A stretch of DNA of 64,000 nucleotides from a virus (Duplodnaviria > Caudoviricetes), in the IMG/VR virus record IMGVR_UViG_3300021093_000004; one strand, given 5' to 3'. Shown here piece by piece: positions 57,636-64,000 of this stretch. The number at the start of each line of letters is the position of its first letter. The stretch's first letter is position 1. The position numbers were made by a program, and so were the translations under genes. The notes below the pieces were generated by a model. It saw only the letters and a program-made list of their open reading frames with translations. It was not told where the DNA came from and did not search any database.

Positions 57636-59257
57636 TGGCAAACGACATTCGCGAAACATTGTTCGAACTTCCACTCGTCCCAGACGAGTTTGGGGTCGTA
57701 TTATCACCGCCTAATCTTCGTCGCATCGACTTTAGCGGTTTGGATTATCCTACGGCCCGCAGAGCTATTATTGAATATATTCGAACATATTTCCCAGACG
57801 ATTTTAATGATTTTATCGCCAGTAACGGTATTATCATGTTGATCGAGATTTTGTCCAGCGTGGTGGCGAAATTGTCACTGCGTTCGGATATCTTGGCCAA
57901 TGAAGGAACACTGCCAACATCGACCACCGAAGAAGCTGTAGTGAATCATTTGGCTCTGATCAATCAGAGAATGAAGCGTCAGACGCCAGCCGTCACCGAC
58001 ATCGAAGTCACCGTTGACCAACCAATATTCACTGATATCGAAGTTGATCCTGGTACACTATTCTCAACCAGCGGCACCGATGGGCAATCGGTGTTTTACG
58101 AAGTCTTCCGTGCCCCCGGCGATTGGACCGGTAAGATCGTTATTCCAGCAGGCAAGCGTGGCGTTATAGCTTACGGATTGGAAGGGCAGTTTGGCAATCC
58201 GACGACTGTCACAAGCAGCGGTGGTCCGAACCAGCGGTTTACGCTCGAAGAACCGACGATGCTGGAGTCACCGATTTTTGTTTTCGTGACGGTGGGCAAT
58301 ACCAAAGAAGAATGGAAAGTTGTAATAGATCCGTTGGAGCGGTATGGACCTACTGATAAAGTGGTGGAAGTAAACTTTATTGATAACCAAACAATATTCA
58401 GGTTTGGTGATGATGTTACTGGTCAGGCCCCATTATCTGGATCACTTATAGAATTTAGGTTTAGAAGTGGTGGTGGACGGCGTGGGCGTATTGGCGTCGG
58501 CCTAATCGATTCGGCTCGTCAAGTAACACCGCTTCCTCCGGCCAACGCTGCCGTTCCCGTGCGTTTCAGAAACATCACGCCGTCCATAGGCGGTACTGAC
58601 AAAGAGACCGTCGAGCAGGCCAAGAGACGTGCTCCTCGTGACTTCTCGTTACAACGTAGTATCGTGACCGCTGATGATTACGCCCAGGCTGCTATTGCGT
58701 TTGCTCATCCGGTCTTCGGCTCGATTAGCAAAGCCATTGCTACACTGCGGACAGGGTTGAACGCTAACAGAGTTGAATTGTATGTCCTGGCTGAAGGTCC
58801 GGACAAATTGCCGACAGCCCCCAATGCTGGTTTGAAAGCCGGGTTGGTTACATACTTCTCTGATCTTAATGTCTTAACTGACCATATAGTAGTGCTGGAT
58901 GGTCAGATTAAGCCTGTCGATATCGAACTCAATGTGATTATCAATCGCAACGCAGATGCATCGGTGGTGCGTGAACGGGTGGAATCGGTAATCACTGAAT
59001 TTTTCGATCTGACACGTTGGGACATGGGTGAAGCCTTCTATGTCTCGAATTTCATTGAAACCATTGAAGCAATTGATGGTGTGGCTTATATTGACTTACT
59101 ATTCCCATATGATAATATTATTCCAACCGGTGTGCCTAAGGACCCGAATTCTGCTGGAATCGGATTCAACGAGGTAATTATAGAAGGAAAGCGAAAAACG
59201 AATTACTACTACGAAAAAGCTCCACCTCCTGGAGGCATTCGTACGGGGCGGCTATAA
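57635..59257 (+). CDS. baseplate wedge gp6 / baseplate J-like
   Basis: LDY..FNDF; FRFGDDVTG; GGTDKET; RSIVTADDY. Confidence 0.9.
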   Translation: MANDIRETLFELPLVPDEFGVVLSPPNLRRIDFSGLDYPTARRAIIEYIRTYFPDDFNDFIASNGIIMLIEILSSVVAKLSLRSDILANEGTLPTSTTEEAVVNHLALINQRMKRQTPAVTDIEVTVDQPIFTDIEVDPGTLFSTSGTDGQSVFYEVFRAPGDWTGKIVIPAGKRGVIAYGLEGQFGNPTTVTSSGGPNQRFTLEEPTMLESPIFVFVTVGNTKEEWKVVIDPLERYGPTDKVVEVNFIDNQTIFRFGDDVTGQAPLSGSLIEFRFRSGGGRRGRIGVGLIDSARQVTPLPPANAAVPVRFRNITPSIGGTDKETVEQAKRRAPRDFSLQRSIVTADDYAQAAIAFAHPVFGSISKAIATLRTGLNANRVELYVLAEGPDKLPTAPNAGLKAGLVTYFSDLNVLTDHIVVLDGQIKPVDIELNVIINRNADASVVRERVESVITEFFDLTRWDMGEAFYVSNFIETIEAIDGVAYIDLLFPYDNIIPTGVPKDPNSAGIGFNEVIIEGKRKTNYYYEKAPPPGGIRTGRL

Positions 59258-59665
59258 ATGATCCAGTGGACTAACAAAGTCTGGGGCAAAACTCGTGAAT
59301 TAATTGATACTCCATTCTATTCCAAACACGAACTGCAATTAATAGCGAAAACATATTGTTCCCTTCATTATCACCAACACCGTGCTAATAAATTTTTAGT
59401 AGTCAGCGGACAAGTTGAGATAATCGAGATGTATGGGCCGCATGTCGTTAGGACACTGCTCGGTCCAGATAATACACATGACGTGCCATCCTTAGTCACG
59501 CACATGTTCGTTGTCCACAAAGCCGGATCGATGATTGAAGAATATTATGGAGATCGCGGCGGACAAGTGCTATGCGATGATATCATTCGCATTGTTGAGG
59601 GTGGTAAGATGGATGTCTCGGACTTAAGTAAGCTTCCGTGGAATATAATTAAGAACATGATCTGA
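59258..59665 (+). CDS. cupin protein (mannose-6-phosphate isomerase C-terminal-like)
   Basis: KVWG, SLHYH, LVVSG, H in second cupin motif. Confidence 0.75.
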   Translation: MIQWTNKVWGKTRELIDTPFYSKHELQLIAKTYCSLHYHQHRANKFLVVSGQVEIIEMYGPHVVRTLLGPDNTHDVPSLVTHMFVVHKAGSMIEEYYGDRGGQVLCDDIIRIVEGGKMDVSDLSKLPWNIIKNMI

Positions 59666-59674
59666 GGGTATATC

Positions 59675-60034
59675 GTGTTTAAGCATCACTCGATAACGAT
59701 CTGGATGGTTGTCTATGACGCTGATCCGGATCGAATCTATAGTTTTAACAAATTCGAAAATGCAGTAGCATCTATCGACGGATCAATTCGTAGTTATGTC
59801 CTTGATGAGACCCCACAGATTGAATATGTGATATCGCATTGTGTGCAGCAAATCAGCGAATTAGAAGATGCTTCATGTATCCCGATTCAATTTGGTAATT
59901 TAAAGATTGTTGTTTATAAATGGTCTCTGGATCGTACTAGTCCTATCCATGCAATTCTTAGTGAATGTTATGATAAAATCGAAGATCTAGATCTACGCAA
60001 GCGAATTCGCCAATTATTCACTAAGAATTTTTAG
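59675..60034 (+). CDS. hypothetical protein
   Basis: 119-aa ORF, GTG start. Confidence 0.55.
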   Translation: MFKHHSITIWMVVYDADPDRIYSFNKFENAVASIDGSIRSYVLDETPQIEYVISHCVQQISELEDASCIPIQFGNLKIVVYKWSLDRTSPIHAILSECYDKIEDLDLRKRIRQLFTKNF

Positions 60035-60342
60035 CGGTCTTCTGGATAATCGATCTCTGGCTCGGCATTCAGTCCAGACATCAATTCTTGCTTCAATCCA
60101 CGCAATATACTTGCTAGTAGTGATGCGACATCGTATTGATGTCCACGAGCGAAAACGATCGGATGGCTTTCCTCTGGGTGAATTGCAATTGCGATTGCAA
60201 CTGGTACTTTGTGCTCTTCACATGCTTTCCCAAATCCATTCGTAAGAGATTCGAATCGCTCGTCAAATATGGCTTGTCTTTGCTCTTCGGGTGATAGCTC
60301 TCGGTTGTGTTCAGTAGCAGAGGATGCAAGTTTGTCGGCCAT
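60031..60342 (-). CDS. hypothetical protein
   Basis: AAGGAG SD before ATG at 60342. Confidence 0.7.
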   Translation of the reverse strand: MADKLASSATEHNRELSPEEQRQAIFDERFESLTNGFGKACEEHKVPVAIAIAIHPEESHPIVFARGHQYDVASLLASILRGLKQELMSGLNAEPEIDYPEDR

Positions 60343-60367
60343 TTCATCTCCTTGTATTGACGGTCTT

Positions 60368-61018
60368 ATGAACACTGAAACTGTTGTCGCTGACCGTGTT
60401 ATGACTGTATGGGGATGGTGTTCCGATGCCTATTTACAGCAAGGGATGCGAATTTCATTTCCTGCCAATACAGACCCGCATCGAACATATCAATGGCGAT
60501 TTGCCTCATCGATCTCCAGGAAATTCAATGAGTGGGGATTTGATGACAATACTGCTAAGCGGTTTATAACAATAGCAGTGGGGCAAGCGAAACAGCGTGG
60601 AGTATTGAGGAAGGGATTGGCGGCACTCCATCAGTCGAACATGCTAGATATTTGTTATCAAATTCTAACTTCGCAACAAAAAGATAATGTCGATCAGATC
60701 GCATCTTTATCATCGATGAAACGTTGGTTTGATGCTCAAATCGGAAACGAAGATTCGCTCAAAACTTTGTTATGTCGACGCGAACGAAACACATTGCCCA
60801 ATATTATTCTATGGTATCAAGCATCGAAATTGTCGGATTTATTTCTCGCATTATCGAGAGCATGTGGCCGAGCGATGTCTCATTTGCACAACGAAGTCGA
60901 GTGTCGTCTACTTCCCTCAACTACTTCACTGTATTTGCTACGTTCTGAGTTTTTATCAGAACAACATAACGTGAAGACAACTAGAACCCTGTTTGGGACT
61001 GACTGGAGAAAACCGTGA
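60368..61018 (+). CDS. hypothetical protein
   Basis: ORF coupled to RNR; ATG at 60368. Confidence 0.65.
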   Translation: MNTETVVADRVMTVWGWCSDAYLQQGMRISFPANTDPHRTYQWRFASSISRKFNEWGFDDNTAKRFITIAVGQAKQRGVLRKGLAALHQSNMLDICYQILTSQQKDNVDQIASLSSMKRWFDAQIGNEDSLKTLLCRRERNTLPNIILWYQASKLSDLFLALSRACGRAMSHLHNEVECRLLPSTTSLYLLRSEFLSEQHNVKTTRTLFGTDWRKP

Positions 61019-63270
61019 GTTTGGCAATAATTAAAGATTCAGGTTCAAGCAAGCACGGACGTGACGCTGATACTCACGACCTTCTCGATGTGCCGAACAT
61101 TTCGGCACAATACTTCGCTGGGATCAAAAACGAAGATCCTAGTGACGCATTCAAATTGGATGATGAATTTATTTCGAATTACGAAGGTCGCCAACCGAAC
61201 TTCGGATTCAACGGTCTTGGCGAGTTGGTCTTCTACCGGACATACTCGCGTCTCAAAGATGACAACCTCAAGGAAACTTTCTGCGACATGGTGCGTCGGG
61301 TCGTCGAAGGTTGCTACGAAATCCAGAGACGGCACTGCAAACGCTTGCATATTCCGTGGGATTATACCAAGGCGTTGATGTCAGCCCATGAAATGTTCCA
61401 GCGGATTTGGGATTTCAAATTCACGCCTCCGGGTCGTGGTCTTTGGATGATGGGCACACCGTTCATGTGGGAACGTGGTAGTGCCGCGTTGAACAACTGT
61501 GGATTCGTTAGCACGCACGATCTGATCGAATCAGACCCAGCGGAACCATTCTGCTTCTTGATGGATATGTCCATGCTTGGTGTAGGGGTCGGTTTCGACA
61601 CCAAGGGAGCGGGTAAGATTCTGATTCATCTGCCCGCCGATATGCGACGTGTGTATGTCGTCCCAGACTCTCGCGAGGGCTGGGTTGATTCAGTTCGACA
61701 TTTGATTCGCTCTTATACCACCACCGCTGATGAGGGGTCAATTGAATTTGATTATTCACAAATCAGACGAGCGGGGTCCACTATTAAGGGATTTGGTGGA
61801 AAAGCGTCTGGCCCCGGCATTTTGATGGAGCTGCACAAGATCATTCGTGCTCACCTGCACAAAAAGATCGGCAAGACACTATCGAGCGTTGATATCACTG
61901 ATCTGATGAATTATATCGGTCGCTGCGTTGTGGCCGGAAATGTTCGTAGAACGGCAGAAATCGCGTTTGGAGACGCCAATGATGCCGAATATCAATCGAT
62001 GAAGAATTACAAATCAACGCTTTTGCCAGAGGACATCTCGAAATTCGAGGCTGTCACTGGCCGTCTGTGGGCAGATGCTCTCAAAGTCTCAAAAGACAAT
62101 GCCTGCCCACAAGGGTTGTTGCATGATTTTGACGAAACCGGTATCCCGCATGACCGTCTTGCACCGGCGATTGAGACGTGGAATGCGATGAATCATCATC
62201 GTTGGGCATCGAACAATTCGATATTCGCTCATGTTGGTATGGATTATACCAACGTTGCTGAACAAATCGCGGTCAATGGTGAGCCGGGTCTTATCTGGCT
62301 GGATAACGTTCGAGATTTCAGTCGATTGATTGATGGGCGACAGCCGGGAATCGATGGGCGAGTTCTTGGAGCAAATCCGTGCATGGAACAAAGCTTGGAG
62401 AGCTATGAACTCTGCAATCTTGTCGAGACGTTCCCTGCGAATCATGAAAATGCTGAAGATTACATGCGAACTCTGAAATTCGCATATCTTTACGCAAAGA
62501 CCGTCACACTTCTTCCGACTCACAATCCGAGAACCAACCAAGTCACTCTGAGAAATCGTCGTATTGGCTTATCTCAAAGTGGGATCGTCCAAGCGTTTGC
62601 GAAATTTGGACGCCGGGCGGTTCTCAGAGACTTCTGCGATACCGGATACAACGAGATCCGCCGTTGGGATTCAATTTACGCTGAATGGTTGTGTGTCCAA
62701 CGTTCGATCAAGGTCACGTCCGTTAAGCCGAGTGGAACCGTGTCGCTGGTGGTAGGTGCCACTCCTGGCATTCATCATCCGGAAGCCATGACTTATTGGA
62801 GACGGGTTCGCATTGCTCGCGATAGTGTCTTGGTGAAGATTCTCCGGGACGCCGGATATCATATCGAACCGACGATTAGCGATCCGGAACGCACGGTCGT
62901 CGTGAAATTCGCTGTTGATGATCGGCGTGTTCGTCCCGTGCAAGAAGTTTCTATCTGGGAACAGATGGCAAACACTGTTGATTATCAGCGATATTGGGCT
63001 GACAATCAGGTTTCTTGTACTATCAAATTCAAAGCCAGTGAGAAACCTGACATTGCCCGCGTCCTTGAAGCTTACGAAGATCAGTTGAAGGGAATCAGCT
63101 TCCTGCCGATGGAAGACCACGGATACGCTCAAGCTCCGTATGAACCGTGTACGCCCGAAGAAGTTGAAGCGTACAACGCATCTATCAAAGAGGCAGACTA
63201 CGGTGCATACATTCAGGAGGCGGCTGGAAGCTACTTCTGTGATTCTGAAAAATGCGAAATACAGAAGTAA
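61015..63270 (+). CDS. nrdJ: class II (adenosylcobalamin) ribonucleoside-triphosphate reductase
   Basis: PPGRGL, NNCGF, GNVRRTAEI, NPCMEQ, LCNL, KPSGTVS, C-terminal CDSEKC. Confidence 0.95.
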   Translation: MSLAIIKDSGSSKHGRDADTHDLLDVPNISAQYFAGIKNEDPSDAFKLDDEFISNYEGRQPNFGFNGLGELVFYRTYSRLKDDNLKETFCDMVRRVVEGCYEIQRRHCKRLHIPWDYTKALMSAHEMFQRIWDFKFTPPGRGLWMMGTPFMWERGSAALNNCGFVSTHDLIESDPAEPFCFLMDMSMLGVGVGFDTKGAGKILIHLPADMRRVYVVPDSREGWVDSVRHLIRSYTTTADEGSIEFDYSQIRRAGSTIKGFGGKASGPGILMELHKIIRAHLHKKIGKTLSSVDITDLMNYIGRCVVAGNVRRTAEIAFGDANDAEYQSMKNYKSTLLPEDISKFEAVTGRLWADALKVSKDNACPQGLLHDFDETGIPHDRLAPAIETWNAMNHHRWASNNSIFAHVGMDYTNVAEQIAVNGEPGLIWLDNVRDFSRLIDGRQPGIDGRVLGANPCMEQSLESYELCNLVETFPANHENAEDYMRTLKFAYLYAKTVTLLPTHNPRTNQVTLRNRRIGLSQSGIVQAFAKFGRRAVLRDFCDTGYNEIRRWDSIYAEWLCVQRSIKVTSVKPSGTVSLVVGATPGIHHPEAMTYWRRVRIARDSVLVKILRDAGYHIEPTISDPERTVVVKFAVDDRRVRPVQEVSIWEQMANTVDYQRYWADNQVSCTIKFKASEKPDIARVLEAYEDQLKGISFLPMEDHGYAQAPYEPCTPEEVEAYNASIKEADYGAYIQEAAGSYFCDSEKCEIQK

Positions 63271-63289
63271 TGAAGTGTTAACACCGCGA

Positions 63290-63958
63290 TTAATTATGAA
63301 TTTTTTGCAGTGAACGGTTGAGGCGGCGTAAGAAGCTTTCCGCCACACGGCCACCGTCGTCAGCCCATCGCATCATTTCATTGTCATGTTTAAGTTTTTC
63401 TCGTTCTCGCTGTTGTTCTCGCTCTAGTTGCTCTCGATGCTTTTGTTCATATTCTGCAAATCTTTTCTCGTGTCTAGATGTATCTAAATTGTGATTTTTG
63501 ATTACTTCTTTGGCGGCTTCATCGATTTCAACATCAATATGAACACCATAATTATCCCACCATGTTTTGATCGGATCGTCACCGACCGGGCGGAGCTGGC
63601 CGGTATTGAAGTGGTGGGTTTTTGGGGCGGAACCATATTTAGGTATATTTATCCAGCCCTGCAGTTCGCCTTCTCGTGGGTGAAGTGAGAATGAATCTTC
63701 GTCATCTACTATATCATATAATTTTCCGGCGATTTTTATATCTTCACCGGCATTTGCTTTTCTTTCGATTTCAGAATATATATCAGGCAGAAGGTTGTTT
63801 ACGAAAATCGCATCACCATCCCACTTATCAACTCCAAATTTTATGTCACCATATCCAATTTGTTTGGCAATGTTAGCCGCACTAGCGACAGATTTAAATT
63901 GATCTATTAAGGCTGGTTCATACCGGGTAGCATCAGTGCCAGTAAAAATTGTAAACAC
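63290..63958 (-). CDS. hypothetical protein
   Basis: 222-aa ORF convergent with RNR; charged C-terminus. Confidence 0.6.
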   Translation of the reverse strand: MFTIFTGTDATRYEPALIDQFKSVASAANIAKQIGYGDIKFGVDKWDGDAIFVNNLLPDIYSEIERKANAGEDIKIAGKLYDIVDDEDSFSLHPREGELQGWINIPKYGSAPKTHHFNTGQLRPVGDDPIKTWWDNYGVHIDVEIDEAAKEVIKNHNLDTSRHEKRFAEYEQKHREQLEREQQREREKLKHDNEMMRWADDGGRVAESFLRRLNRSLQKIHN

Positions 63959-64000
63959 GCCCCAGGGAAAGCCACGGAATCGTTCCCACTGTGGAATTAA

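Noticed and set aside
62671-63354. 227-aa minus-strand ORF
   Set aside because: Antisense shadow of nrdJ
1-64000. CRISPR arrays, IS elements, introns, inteins
   Set aside because: No regularly spaced repeats, transposase or homing-endonuclease motifs, or interrupted core genes seen

Overview
64-kb segment of a large myovirus-type (jumbo, T4-like gene set) bacteriophage genome in standard genetic code, gene-dense and mostly + strand. Left: replication/recombination genes (RecA, DnaB-like helicase, GroES, minimal family-A polymerase, UvsY-like, gp32-like SSB, 5'-3' exonuclease, resolvase-like nuclease). Middle: an accessory block with two sulfotransferases, five glycosyltransferase-like genes, DUF6065, a 2OG-Fe(II) oxygenase, a macro domain, a tRNA-like structured RNA, acyl carrier protein, NAD+ ligase, an apparently inactive dihydroorotase homolog and GDP-mannose dehydratase. 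Right: neck, tail terminator, sheath, three tube paralogs, chaperones, PAS protein, holin-like protein, primase, tape measure, baseplate and class II ribonucleotide reductase. All family calls are from motifs recognised by eye; no searches were run. Best leads: the tRNA-mimic RNA with a ~50-nt structured D-loop insertion, a glycosylation/sulfation system possibly targeted to the virion by a shared small domain, the pseudo-dihydroorotase, a probable gp26/gp51 frameshift, and a 198-residue charge-free heptad stretch in the tape measure. No CRISPR array, intron, intein or IS element was recognised.
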